This document shows, piece by piece, positions 29,130-38,571 of a stretch of DNA of 64,000 nt (positions within the stretch are counted from its first letter, which is position 1; every line of letters starts with the position of its first letter). The notes below the pieces were generated by a model. It saw only the letters and a list, made by a program, of their open reading frames with translations, had not been told where the DNA came from and ran no database searches. The translations under genes were made by a program, and so were the position numbers. This stretch comes from Oceanispirochaeta sp. GTDB taxonomy: Bacteria; Spirochaetota; Spirochaetia; DSM-2461. Location: contig CAXXOA010000001.1 in NCBI GenBank assembly GCA_963666275.2, forward strand, positions 1,600,001-1,664,000, in the 5' to 3' direction.

Positions 29130-29360
29130 ATGGAAGCAAAACCGACTAGAGATGTAAACACTGCCGTAAAAATCCAGTGCGTTATGACCAGAATGGGAAT
29201 AAGCCAGACCCAGCTGGCAAGGAATATCGGGGCGACCCTGCCCATGGTAAACCAGGTTATCTGGGGAACCAAGCAGAGCCGCCGGGTACAGAGTGATATT
29301 GCCAGATCCTTGGGCTTCAAGTCCTGGAACGAACTGAAAAAGCATAAGGAGGTTGTATGA
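29130..29360 (+). CDS. Ner/Cro-like HTH regulator
   Basis: GISQTQLARNIG.T...VNQVIWG...IARSLG. Confidence 0.75.
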   Translation: MEAKPTRDVNTAVKIQCVMTRMGISQTQLARNIGATLPMVNQVIWGTKQSRRVQSDIARSLGFKSWNELKKHKEVV

Positions 29361-29647
29361 TCAATGTAGATCCTGAAATAATCGCTGCCAAGGTGACCGA
29401 TCAACTTGGAAATCCCAGCCAAAGCAAAGACCTGGAACTCCTTGCTCTGGACATTGCAAACGCCGCTTCTGTGGAGTTCCTTCAATGGCGGGGCTATGAA
29501 GGGTTGTGGGAGGTAGTCTCAATAATACGGCTTTCTCCAAAGCAGCGGCATCAACTGAAAGAGCACATCAAGCTTATCAAAATTGAGGATATTCTCAGAG
29601 CCAAGACAGCCAAAGTCGGGCCTATGCAGCAGGAGATGTTTGTATGA
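29357..29647 (+). CDS. Hypothetical early protein
   Basis: GGAGG SD; ATGA overlaps at both ends. Confidence 0.6.
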   Translation: MINVDPEIIAAKVTDQLGNPSQSKDLELLALDIANAASVEFLQWRGYEGLWEVVSIIRLSPKQRHQLKEHIKLIKIEDILRAKTAKVGPMQQEMFV

Positions 29648-29940
29648 GTACCTACACCAACAATGCACAACAGAGGATATGTCGTCTGGTGGAAGAGCTG
29701 GCCGGGAATGAAGACAAAGGGCTGAGCCTGACCGAACTGGCCGAGAAACTCGGGATTTCCACCAGTGCGGTATTCCGGGACTTGAAGAACCTGGAAGAAG
29801 CCGAATGGGCCAGACAGATCGGATCCAACTGGGCGATGGCCCCCCGCGCCGCCGTACCGGCAGTGAAAATCAGAAGAAACCTGGACTCCCTGTTAGGGAA
29901 AGTCAACAAAATCAACAAAGATTACCTGGGAGGTGAATGA
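29644..29940 (+). CDS. IclR-like HTH protein of transposable phages
   Basis: AQQRICRLVE.LAGNE..GLS..ELA..LG.STS.VFRDL.NL. Confidence 0.75.
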   Translation: MSTYTNNAQQRICRLVEELAGNEDKGLSLTELAEKLGISTSAVFRDLKNLEEAEWARQIGSNWAMAPRAAVPAVKIRRNLDSLLGKVNKINKDYLGGE

Positions 29941-30893
29941 TTATGGGAAAAAAGAAGATTGCTCCTGAAAACAACATTGAAGTGACAGAGGTGGATATTC
30001 CTGCAGCACCGACCCCTGAAGAGCTGGATATGCTTCAGGTTCATCTGGCGGATGTTGATTTGAAATTTGGAGCTGGTAAGGATTACAACAGAGAGAGAAT
30101 TGAGGGAGAAATCTGTACTTATGCTGAGCAGTATAAGAAATCAATTCTTGAAACAGGAAAACGGTTAATCCTCCTGAAAGAGCATGAAGGGCATGGTGGT
30201 TTTCTAGAGAGTCTGAAACGCCTTGACATTGATCCAAGAACTGCCCAGAACATGATGAGCGTGGCTCGTAAGTTTATTGATGAATCAGGAAATGCGAAAG
30301 CGCTTGCGTATTTGCCTCCAACCAAGCTTTACATGCTGGCATCATTGGAAGATGAAGAATTAGATGCTCTTGAAGAAGGAGAAGGTGTTGCGGGTCTAAC
30401 GATTGAGGACGCTGAAAAGTTGTCTTCCAGAGCTCTGAAAAAGAAACTTCAGGAAGTAAGAGCTGAGAAAAAGAGGCTTGAAGAACAGCATCAGCAGGAA
30501 ATTGAGATCAAGGACCAGCTTCTGGAGGATAAGAATAAGAAAATTGATGAGCTGGACGGGAAGCTCCGAATCAGCACTGATCCTTCCAGGTGGAACGAAA
30601 AAGCCGAAGAATACCTGGACCGTCTTCACAGGATTATCCCACAGTCCAGCAGGATTATGGGAGAGATGGCGGAAATTATCGAAGGGATCCAGGCAGTTGA
30701 GACAAAAGACTGGGAACAGTCCCAGAGGATCGTGCTGGAACAGTTCCGGTTCACCTTTGATCAGATCAACGATGACCTGGATAAAATCGACAACATGCTT
30801 CGGTTTGCCGCCCCTGAAGGAAACTCTGTTTTCCACTCTATGAATGCCCTGAGACCTTTATCGACCTCTGAGGAGGAGGCTCTTGATGTTTGA
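29937..30893 (+). CDS. DUF3102-domain protein
   Basis: ETGKRLILLKEHEGHG.F...RTAQNMM..ARKF; precedes the transposase. Confidence 0.8.
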   Translation: MIMGKKKIAPENNIEVTEVDIPAAPTPEELDMLQVHLADVDLKFGAGKDYNRERIEGEICTYAEQYKKSILETGKRLILLKEHEGHGGFLESLKRLDIDPRTAQNMMSVARKFIDESGNAKALAYLPPTKLYMLASLEDEELDALEEGEGVAGLTIEDAEKLSSRALKKKLQEVRAEKKRLEEQHQQEIEIKDQLLEDKNKKIDELDGKLRISTDPSRWNEKAEEYLDRLHRIIPQSSRIMGEMAEIIEGIQAVETKDWEQSQRIVLEQFRFTFDQINDDLDKIDNMLRFAAPEGNSVFHSMNALRPLSTSEEEALDV

Positions 30894-32583
30894 AGAATAT
30901 ATTCCTGACCTGCAGGGCGCTGGTCGGGGTGACAGGGGTCAAATCATCGATAACATCACCAACCTTTACGGCTGTTCCAAAGATAAGGTCTACCGGGAAT
31001 TGAAAAAAGCCGGATGGACATCCGGACGGAAACGCCGGAGCGATGCGGGAGAGGTTACTGTTTCCAATGAAGCCCTGGAAGCCTTAGGGGCGCGTCTGCT
31101 GGTTGGTGTGCGGAAAAATGGGAAGTGTACAACCGATATTCCTACGGCCAGGCATGAACTGGAGTTGTCCGGGTATCATTTCGGCGTGAGCAATGGACGG
31201 CTGGCAAGCTTGCTCAAAGAGCGTCATCTGGACCTTAAAACCCAGCTGATTCCTACTCCCCATACCAGGTTGAAGTCGCTGCATCCCAACCATGTTCACC
31301 AGGTGGATCCATCCATGTGTCTACTTTACTATCTTCCCAGAGGCGGCCAGAAGATTATCGAGGATGATGAAGCTTACAAAAATAAGCCTTTCCTGGAAGG
31401 GAAAGCCCACTTGAAGATTTGGAGGTATGTGCTGACCGACCACTACTCCTCCAGTATCTGTGTCCGCTATTTCCAGAGAGCCGGTGAGCGGATGGATACC
31501 CTGTGGGAGTTCCTGCTTTATGCCTGGAGTGTTAAGGACGATCCTGCCTATTGTTTTCATGGTGTACCATCGATCCTTCTGATGGACAAAGGATCTGCCA
31601 ACCTGGGAGGCGGTGTTGTAAACGGTCTTAACTCTCTGAGAGTCAGACAGCTTACCCATGCCCCCGGAAAGCCCAGGGTAAAAGGCCAGGTTGAGAATGC
31701 CAATAATCTGGTGGAAAAGCTTTTTGAAAGCCGGTTGAAAACCGACCCGGTGAAGGGCGTTGAAGAGCTGAATGTAAGAGCCAGTTGGTGGTGTGCTTCC
31801 TACAATGCCAATTTGATCGACAGTTATGATTCTACCCTTCGCAGGTCAAAGACATCCCGTCTTGAGCTGTGGAGCCGGATTACCACCAGCCAGCTGAAGG
31901 AACTTCCGGAAGAGGCCAAAGGCCTGCTGGTTGCCAATAGCGAGACCCGTAAGGTAGCCGGGGATCTGACAGTCAGCTTTGTACACCCCAAGTTGAAAGA
32001 GAGCCGGTTTTACCATGTGGGTGGTCTGGAAGGGATCCGGCCCGGAATGAAAGTACAAGTTCAGCCTGTCTTGATGGATTCAGAAGGAACAGTCCGGGTG
32101 GCCTGGAAGTATCAGGGCGAAGAGTTTGTCCATGAAGTTGAACCTATCCTGATGGATGAAGCTGGTTTCTGGGCTGATGCCGCTGTGATCGGAGAGTCCT
32201 ACAGGTCCCAGCCTCATACGGTTGTGGACAAGGCCAATCAGAGGCTGGCAGAGGTTATCGGTGATGAAAAGAAGCCCTTTGCCCATCTGAACAATGGCCA
32301 GGGGCTGAAATCCATCAGCGGTATGACCAGGACGGAATCCAGTGTGATCCATATGCCCAGAACCGGGAATGTGATCGATCCATCCAAAGCTTCCGCAGCG
32401 GTTATCAACTATGTGGAAGCGGCGAACCGACTAAAGAAAAAAATGTCCCACTGGGACAAAGCCTATTTGAAGGTGATCAGGGATAACTTCCCTAATGGGG
32501 TCCCCGAGCGGGACCTGGATTCACTTGCTGAGGCGTTAAGCGGCCTGGGAGGGGCAGATGATATTAAGGAGTGCATTGGATAG
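30886..32583 (+). CDS. DDE transposase (MuA analogue, B3/BcepMu-type)
   Basis: HPNHVHQVDPS (D), LMDKGSAN (D), PRVKGQVENAN (E). Confidence 0.92.
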   Translation: MFEEYIPDLQGAGRGDRGQIIDNITNLYGCSKDKVYRELKKAGWTSGRKRRSDAGEVTVSNEALEALGARLLVGVRKNGKCTTDIPTARHELELSGYHFGVSNGRLASLLKERHLDLKTQLIPTPHTRLKSLHPNHVHQVDPSMCLLYYLPRGGQKIIEDDEAYKNKPFLEGKAHLKIWRYVLTDHYSSSICVRYFQRAGERMDTLWEFLLYAWSVKDDPAYCFHGVPSILLMDKGSANLGGGVVNGLNSLRVRQLTHAPGKPRVKGQVENANNLVEKLFESRLKTDPVKGVEELNVRASWWCASYNANLIDSYDSTLRRSKTSRLELWSRITTSQLKELPEEAKGLLVANSETRKVAGDLTVSFVHPKLKESRFYHVGGLEGIRPGMKVQVQPVLMDSEGTVRVAWKYQGEEFVHEVEPILMDEAGFWADAAVIGESYRSQPHTVVDKANQRLAEVIGDEKKPFAHLNNGQGLKSISGMTRTESSVIHMPRTGNVIDPSKASAAVINYVEAANRLKKKMSHWDKAYLKVIRDNFPNGVPERDLDSLAEALSGLGGADDIKECIG

Positions 32584-33661
32584 AGCCGGAGCGACCCAGA
32601 GTGAGCTTGCCGGATATTTGGGGCTTGCCAAGAGTACGGTCAGCCAGATTGTGAACAGGGGGCAATTCCCCGTAGGCCGGGAGCAGAAAACCCGGCAGCA
32701 GATCAATGATTTTTTACAGGACAGGGGTGTTACCCCTTCGGGGCTCTGGAAAAACGCGGAGCCCGATACAGAAGAAGCCGAAGAGATCGGCCAGGAGTGT
32801 GTGATGATAACAGCAGAAGCAAAAAGACAGTTCAAGCTTTTTAGAGATCCTTTTCTGGATGATGTAAACGGAAAAGAGGATGTGTATATGAGCCGGGATT
32901 CCCGTTTTGCCGCCGAATATATGTACACCACCGCCAAACTGGGGGGAATGCTGGCAGTGATCGGAGAGTCCGGATCGGGTAAAACAACCCTGCGGCGCCT
33001 TCTGATCGACCGGATCAATACGGAAGACCTTAAGATCAAAGTCATCTTCCCCAGGATCATCGACAAGGAGCGTTTAACCGCCACCAGCATTTGTGATGCC
33101 ATTATCCGGGACTGTTCCACCGAAAGACCCCGGAGAACCCTGGAAGCTAAGGCCCACCAGATTGAACGGATCCTGACCGATTCACTGAAATCCGGGTGGA
33201 AACATGTTCTGATGATTGAAGAAGCCCATGACCTGACCATACAGACCCTGAAATATCTGAAACGGTTTTGGGAGCTGGAAGCCGGGTTTGATAAGCTCCT
33301 TTCTATCATCCTAATAGCTCAGCCCGAGCTGAAGGAAAAGCTGGACGAGAGCCGGAACTACGAAGCCAGGGAAATTATAAGAAGGATGGAAGTGGCTGAG
33401 ATCCGCGCCCTGGATACAGAGGCGGAGCTGAAAGGATACCTGGCCCTGAAATTCAAGCGGATCAATTTGAATGTTGAATCCCTCATGGCTCAAGATTCCT
33501 ATAAAGCCATTCTGGATAAGATGTCCCGCAAAACCAGGGGCGGCGGAGAGATCTGTCTGGCCTACCCCCTGACGGTGAACAACATGATCAAACGGGCCAT
33601 GAACACGGCTGCCGACATAGGGCAGGAACAGATCACGGCAGAAACTATCCAGGCCGTATAA
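32558..33661 (+). CDS. Transposition AAA+ ATPase (MuB/ExeA-like) with N-terminal HTH
   Basis: GESGSGKTT, IEEAHDL and YPLTVNN motifs. Confidence 0.92.
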   Translation: MILRSALDRAGATQSELAGYLGLAKSTVSQIVNRGQFPVGREQKTRQQINDFLQDRGVTPSGLWKNAEPDTEEAEEIGQECVMITAEAKRQFKLFRDPFLDDVNGKEDVYMSRDSRFAAEYMYTTAKLGGMLAVIGESGSGKTTLRRLLIDRINTEDLKIKVIFPRIIDKERLTATSICDAIIRDCSTERPRRTLEAKAHQIERILTDSLKSGWKHVLMIEEAHDLTIQTLKYLKRFWELEAGFDKLLSIILIAQPELKEKLDESRNYEAREIIRRMEVAEIRALDTEAELKGYLALKFKRINLNVESLMAQDSYKAILDKMSRKTRGGGEICLAYPLTVNNMIKRAMNTAADIGQEQITAETIQAV

Positions 33662-33680
33662 ACACAAACCGGGAGGGGTT

Positions 33681-33821
33681 ATGGAACAAATACTTACAAA
33701 AGCGGCTTTGGCAGTGATTGTTCTGCTGCTTATTGCCTTTTCATACGGAGCAGTTCGATTGAACTTGAATAGAGGGAACGGCGGGTTTCCTGTTACCCGC
33801 AGACGGAGGGGAAAAAAATGA
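33681..33821 (+). CDS. 46-aa single-TM peptide missed by the ORF track
   Basis: GGAGGGG SD; MEQILTKAALAVIVLLLIAFSYGAV...RRRRGKK*; ATGA overlap with the next gene. Confidence 0.55.
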   Translation: MEQILTKAALAVIVLLLIAFSYGAVRLNLNRGNGGFPVTRRRRGKK

Positions 33822-34432
33822 TAAAAATAGAAGGAACCGAGTATATGAAAAATCCCAGGGGAGACCTTGTCCCTTTGGAAAATGTCAAACCTGTGGATGT
33901 CCTGAGGGACCAGACGGTAAAGAGTATCATCAGTAAAGCCATGGAGATGTCGGGGATACTGGGAGAGTTCAAAAAGGATGTCTTTGAAGAGGCTGAAGAA
34001 TTTGTAAACTTGAGCTTTGAAGAGTACGGTCAAAAGTACGGCGGGAAAAAAGGGAATATTACCCTGACCAGCTATGACGGAGAGTTTAAGGTATCTATTG
34101 AAATGCAGGATGTTATTTCCTTTGATGAGCAGCTGCAGGTTGCCAAGTCCCTAATTAATCAGTGCATTCATAAATGGTCCGGCGGAGCCAATGCCAACCT
34201 GCGGGTACTGGTGAACGATGCCTTTCAGGTGGATAAGGCGGGAAATGTAAATACACGCCGGATTCTGGAACTCCGTAGATTGGAGATTGAAGATGATGAT
34301 TGGCAGGCTGCCATGGATGCCATCTCTTCTTCCATCAAAGTCCTTATGAGCCGCCGGTATATGAGAATCTACCGGAAAAACTCACAGGGAGACGGATACT
34401 CCATGATCCCCCTGGATTTCGCGTCTATATGA
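33818..34432 (+). CDS. DUF3164 family protein
   Basis: GG.KGNITLTSYDG, FDEQLQVAK.LI..C and AFQVDK.G motifs. Confidence 0.88.
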   Translation: MIKIEGTEYMKNPRGDLVPLENVKPVDVLRDQTVKSIISKAMEMSGILGEFKKDVFEEAEEFVNLSFEEYGQKYGGKKGNITLTSYDGEFKVSIEMQDVISFDEQLQVAKSLINQCIHKWSGGANANLRVLVNDAFQVDKAGNVNTRRILELRRLEIEDDDWQAAMDAISSSIKVLMSRRYMRIYRKNSQGDGYSMIPLDFASI

Positions 34433-34851
34433 CCGATAGGAAGAGAAAGCTAGCATTGATTCATGTTGCCCAAAAGCAGCTGGCCCTGACTGATGAACAG
34501 TACAGGGCGCTGCTTTTCGGCGCTGCCGGAATCCAGAGCGCCGGAGAGCTGAAAACGGAAGTTCAATTTCGGTATATAATGAAAGCATTCGAGAACGCCG
34601 GTTTTAAAAATACATCGGGCAGGCGGAAGATGACCGACCGGAAGCTTGCCAAGTGTTACGCCATCTGGTGTGAACTGCATAAGATGGGTGTTGTTAAAAG
34701 CAAAGAATATGCTTTCATGATGAAATGGATTGCCGGGCGGACCGGAGGAACCGATGAGAGGTTTCTCCGGGAAGTTCAAAAATCCAAAATGATTGAGGAG
34801 CTGAAATCCTGGCGGGCACGTGTGGAGGGGACGGATGACCGAAACGGTTGA
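34429..34851 (+). CDS. GemA/gp16 (DUF1018)-like regulator
   Basis: LALIHVAQKQLAL.DEQYRALL....G..SA..L...IEELKSW. Confidence 0.85.
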   Translation: MTDRKRKLALIHVAQKQLALTDEQYRALLFGAAGIQSAGELKTEVQFRYIMKAFENAGFKNTSGRRKMTDRKLAKCYAIWCELHKMGVVKSKEYAFMMKWIAGRTGGTDERFLREVQKSKMIEELKSWRARVEGTDDRNG

Positions 34852-35152
34852 AGAAATGGTAATGAGTGTTGAAGCAGTGCTGGACGATCGGGAACTTTCC
34901 AAACAGGTCGTCCGGCAGATACTGAAAGACTTCGGGGGCATGCAGGTTTATCTGCCCCGTCCTGAATCGGCTTTCCGGAAAGATGATTATGCCGCGATCA
35001 ACGAAGCCTTCGACGGTACCAATGCCAGAGAACTCTGCCGGGAGTATAATATAACATTTAATACCCTCTACAAGATAATCCGTCAGGAGAGAGATCGAAA
35101 AAAAGAGGACCTTGCAAAAAAGGCCGCCAGAGAGCTTCCCTTTGAAGATTGA
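34835..35152 (+). CDS. Mor/C family late transcription activator
   Basis: FGGMQVYLP...I..AFDGTNARELCREYNIT...YKII. Confidence 0.92.
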   Translation: MTETVEEMVMSVEAVLDDRELSKQVVRQILKDFGGMQVYLPRPESAFRKDDYAAINEAFDGTNARELCREYNITFNTLYKIIRQERDRKKEDLAKKAARELPFED

Positions 35153-35275
35153 CACCATATACCTTTTTTTGTAGAAAATCGCCTGAAGGAGTTCATGAAC
35201 CGTTCATGAACTAAATCTGTCTCCTGTCTACGGTCTCTATTGGCAATTCTCTATTCCTTTCTCTTTATTTCCATA

Positions 35276-35337
35276 TTTCAGTAATTCAAATTACTAATTT
35301 CTGTTACATTACGATTTTCTCTGTTGCCCTTTAATCT
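35276..35337 (+). promoter_or_regulatory. Putative activator-dependent late promoter 2 (head/tail block)
   Basis: AGTAATTCAAATTACT-N8-TTACATTACGATTT-N14-TAATCT; same spacing as 15878-15935. Confidence 0.75.
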
Positions 35338-35344
35338 GTGAACC

Positions 35345-36301
35345 ATGAAACGGATTATGCGCCTGGCAGTTGCCTTGAATTTTACCACTACAGAAGGGGC
35401 TTCTCTCCCCGATGAGATAGACTTGCTTCCTTCGGGAAAGACCGTTAAAGGATTGGACGGCAGAAGCTGGACCAACCCGGGAAACGACAAGATCATCGAC
35501 TTCTTCAAATCCAGGGGAACCCAGCTTCCCGTCGATATCAACCACTCAACAGAAATCAAAGCTCTTTCGGGCGATCCCAGCCCCGCCCAGGGATGGATCA
35601 CCGAACTCTATGAAAAAGACGGAAGCCTCAAGGGAAAGGTCGCCTGGAACGCCAGTGCGGAAAGTGAAGTCGGCGGAGGCCGGTATAAGTATATATCCCC
35701 CGCGTTCGTCTACAACAAACAGGGAATTATCCGGGGGATTAAATCCGCCGGTCTGGTCAATCACCCGAACCTTTCGGAGTTGGCCGCATTAAACAACGAA
35801 TCATCCGGTCAAGATGAGGGAGGAAATATGAAGAAGATTGCGGAAGCCCTGGGGCTGCCGGAGGATGCCACGGAAGACCAGATCCTGACGGCTTTGAACT
35901 CTATGAAAGAGAAAAACAAAGTCGCTCTGAATATGGCCGATTACATACCCCGTGCGGATTATGATCTGGCCCTGAACCGGGCACAGGATGCAGAGCAGAA
36001 ACTCAAAACCAGAGATGAAGAAGAGTTTAAAACTGCTTTGAATGCGGAAATCGATAAAGCTGTGGAAGCCGGAAAAATTGCACCGGCCAGCCGCTCTTTT
36101 TACGAAGAGACGGTTATCGATTCCGAAGGGCTTGAGAAGTTCAAAAAGTTTGCCGAATCGGCTCCCCAGGTTGTAGCTGCCAACAGCGAACATACCGACA
36201 AAAAGCCTTCGGGTGAAAAAGTGGCATTGAATGCCGAGGAAAAAGCCCTGGCCGATCAGTTCGGATTCACGGAAGAAGAGGCCCTTGCGGTCTACAAGTA
36301 A
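35345..36301 (+). CDS. Prohead protease/scaffold (Mu gpI/gp32-like)
   Basis: G.DGR.W, LPVDINH, APAQGWI-like segment, YKYISP.F and GLVNHPNL motifs. Confidence 0.93.
   Translation: MKRIMRLAVALNFTTTEGASLPDEIDLLPSGKTVKGLDGRSWTNPGNDKIIDFFKSRGTQLPVDINHSTEIKALSGDPSPAQGWITELYEKDGSLKGKVAWNASAESEVGGGRYKYISPAFVYNKQGIIRGIKSAGLVNHPNLSELAALNNESSGQDEGGNMKKIAEALGLPEDATEDQILTALNSMKEKNKVALNMADYIPRADYDLALNRAQDAEQKLKTRDEEEFKTALNAEIDKAVEAGKIAPASRSFYEETVIDSEGLEKFKKFAESAPQVVAANSEHTDKKPSGEKVALNAEEKALADQFGFTEEEALAVYK
35828..36301 (+). CDS. Internal in-frame scaffold (Mu gpZ-like)
   Basis: GAGGGAGG SD before in-frame ATG 35828 (MKKIAEALGLPEDA). Confidence 0.65.
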   Translation: MKKIAEALGLPEDATEDQILTALNSMKEKNKVALNMADYIPRADYDLALNRAQDAEQKLKTRDEEEFKTALNAEIDKAVEAGKIAPASRSFYEETVIDSEGLEKFKKFAESAPQVVAANSEHTDKKPSGEKVALNAEEKALADQFGFTEEEALAVYK

Positions 36302-36317
36302 TTAAGGAGAAATTGCA

Positions 36318-37229
36318 GTGATTATTACAGCAACAGTTCTTGAGAATCTCAGAAAGACATTTGTCAAACTGTTTCAGGATTCCCTGGCAAAAGCCCCCAG
36401 CCAGTGGAAAAAAGTAGCGACTAAAATTCAGTCGTCTTCAAAAGAAAATGCCTATGGCTGGCTGTCCAAATTTCCCATGCTCAGGGAATGGGTCGGTGAC
36501 CGTGTTTTGGGAAGCATGAAGGAGTCGGGGTATGTGATCCCCAATAAAAAGTATGAGGGAACCCTGGCCGTAGACCGGGCGGATATTGAGGATGACAACC
36601 TTGGTATTTACAGCACCATAGCCTCTTCCATGGGGCAGGAATCGGAAGACCATATCGACAGGAATATTTTTAAGCTCCTGACGGATGGTTTCGCCACCCT
36701 CTGTTATGACGGGCAGAACTTTTTTGACACCGACCACCCTGTTAATGCGGAAGTGGACGGTTCCGGAGCGGATTCATCTGTTGCCAATATTATCAACCCG
36801 GCAACAACCACGGAAACACCCTGGTTTCTGTTGGACACTTCCCGGCCTTTGAAACCCCTGATTTACCAGGAAAGGACCAAGGCTGAAATGGACGCAATTA
36901 CCGATCCCAAGCAGGATACTGTTTTTACAACAGATAACTACCTGTACGGCGTGAGAGCCCGCCGGGCCTTCGGTTACGGTTTCTGGCAGCAGGCTGTAGC
37001 CTGTCGGGATGCTTTGAACGAAGCCAATTTCAATGCGGCCTTTAAGGCCATGGCCGAGTTTAAACGGGATGGAGGAGATCCTTTGGGTTGTATGCCCACT
37101 CTGCTGGTTGTTCCTCCCGCTCTCAGAGCCTCTGCCAATGAGGTAATTGAAGTGATGAACAAAGACGGCGGAGCTTCCAACCCCAATTACAAGGCTGTAG
37201 AAGTGATGGTCTGCCCCTGGCTGGCATAA
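36318..37229 (+). CDS. Major capsid protein (Mu gpT-like)
   Basis: YGWL..FP.LREWVGDR, DIEDDNLG.Y, CYDGQNFFDTDHP and GYGFWQ motifs. Confidence 0.96.
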   Translation: MIITATVLENLRKTFVKLFQDSLAKAPSQWKKVATKIQSSSKENAYGWLSKFPMLREWVGDRVLGSMKESGYVIPNKKYEGTLAVDRADIEDDNLGIYSTIASSMGQESEDHIDRNIFKLLTDGFATLCYDGQNFFDTDHPVNAEVDGSGADSSVANIINPATTTETPWFLLDTSRPLKPLIYQERTKAEMDAITDPKQDTVFTTDNYLYGVRARRAFGYGFWQQAVACRDALNEANFNAAFKAMAEFKRDGGDPLGCMPTLLVVPPALRASANEVIEVMNKDGGASNPNYKAVEVMVCPWLA

Positions 37230-37240
37230 GGAGTTGAGTC

Positions 37241-37693
37241 GTGACTGAAGAAGATAAAAAAAAGCTGGAAGAGCTGTATCAGAAAAAAGCCGACCTGGAA
37301 AAAGCTCTGGCGGAAGAGACAAACGGCCAGAAAAAAGGCGGGATTACCCGTAGTCTGAACTCGGTGAAAAAGGAAATTGAAGTACTTGAGTATTCAGGCT
37401 CTGACAATGAATCTGGTGATTCAGGTTCTGCTGATGCGGATCAGGATAATAGAGGGGCTGATACTGAGTCCGGCAAATCCGAAGAAGAAGAGGATGATGA
37501 GAGGGTGTCTTCCGAAGAAAATCTCATCTCGGTTACTGTCCAGAGTAAAACCGGTCAGAAGTACCGCCGCCTGGGGCTGGTGTTCACAAAGAATGTTGTC
37601 CCTTTCAAAGTGACCGCCGAGCAGCTTGAAGCTCTGAAAAAAGATCCCTGGCTGAAGGTCGTTGAACCTGAAGCAAGAGAGACAGCTGAATAA
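37241..37693 (+). CDS. HI1506/gp35-like head protein
   Basis: C-terminal YRRLGLVFT...T.EQLEALK.DP.L.V. Confidence 0.7.
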   Translation: MTEEDKKKLEELYQKKADLEKALAEETNGQKKGGITRSLNSVKKEIEVLEYSGSDNESGDSGSADADQDNRGADTESGKSEEEEDDERVSSEENLISVTVQSKTGQKYRRLGLVFTKNVVPFKVTAEQLEALKKDPWLKVVEPEARETAE

Positions 37694-38115
37694 TGTCTCT
37701 TTTGACCTCCCAGGAGTTCATCAACCGGAAGGATCAGAATGCTCTCCCCCTGGATGAACTGGGGGAGATTGATCTGGATCAGGTAACACGGGCCCTGGAT
37801 GAAGCCTCCGGCATTATCCGGGGATACCTTCCTTTTCTGGTGGATGATGAGGGAGCGGAAGTTGCTCCCCCGGCCAGATTGCTTCCGGCTCTGCAGAGCA
37901 TCGAGGCGGACATTGCTTTTTACAGGCTGACCGATCGGGTCTCCAGTACGGAAGATGACCGCAACCATTACAAGGATGCCATCAGCCTGCTGGAGAAATT
38001 CAGCAAGCAGGAGCAGGAAGGATTGGAAGGGCCGGGAACACAGGAAGCGTCCCTGGTGGAAGCGGATGCCGAAGGTGTAGATCCCCGGTTCTTTAAAAAG
38101 GGTTACATGGTATGA
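37693..38115 (+). CDS. Head-tail adaptor (gp36/DUF1320-like)
   Basis: ALDEAS.II.GYL...DIAFYRL...YKDAI.LL. Confidence 0.85.
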   Translation: MSLLTSQEFINRKDQNALPLDELGEIDLDQVTRALDEASGIIRGYLPFLVDDEGAEVAPPARLLPALQSIEADIAFYRLTDRVSSTEDDRNHYKDAISLLEKFSKQEQEGLEGPGTQEASLVEADAEGVDPRFFKKGYMV

Positions 38116-38564
38116 GTCAGGCTGTCCTTAGCTGGGATTTGAGGGAGTTGGAAACGATCCAGACCGCATTGAACAAAGCGGGGGGCCGCTCTTTCAAACC
38201 TATGATGGAAAGCCTGGCTCTTGAAATTGAAGAACAAACCAGGGAGCGTTTCGAGACGAAAGAAGGACCGGACGGTCCATGGGATGACTGGTCGGAGAAA
38301 TATGCGGAGAAAAAAGCCGGATCCGGTCAGTCTCTTCTTCGGCAGGAAAACTATCTGGAAGAGTCGATCACTCACAATTTTTCAGGGTCCAATGGGGGAA
38401 ACGCTCAAGTAGCGATCGGAAGTCCGATGATTTATGCTGCTACCCATCAGTACGGAGATGATGACAGGGGAATTCATGCCAGGGCATATCTGGGGATCAC
38501 TGCGGAAGACGAGGATGATCTGGTTTTGATCATAAATGACTATATCAATGGATTGTTTGAATAG
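38112..38564 (+). CDS. Virion morphogenesis protein (Mu gpG-like)
   Basis: TRERFE...PDG.W...YAATHQYG...I.AR.YLG. Confidence 0.85.
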   Translation: MSQAVLSWDLRELETIQTALNKAGGRSFKPMMESLALEIEEQTRERFETKEGPDGPWDDWSEKYAEKKAGSGQSLLRQENYLEESITHNFSGSNGGNAQVAIGSPMIYAATHQYGDDDRGIHARAYLGITAEDEDDLVLIINDYINGLFE

Positions 38565-38571
38565 GAGAAGT

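Noticed and set aside
32700..32950. Mu-like central strong gyrase site at the prophage midpoint (about 32834)
   Set aside because: The midpoint is inside the ATPase gene and no diagnostic sequence is recognisable.
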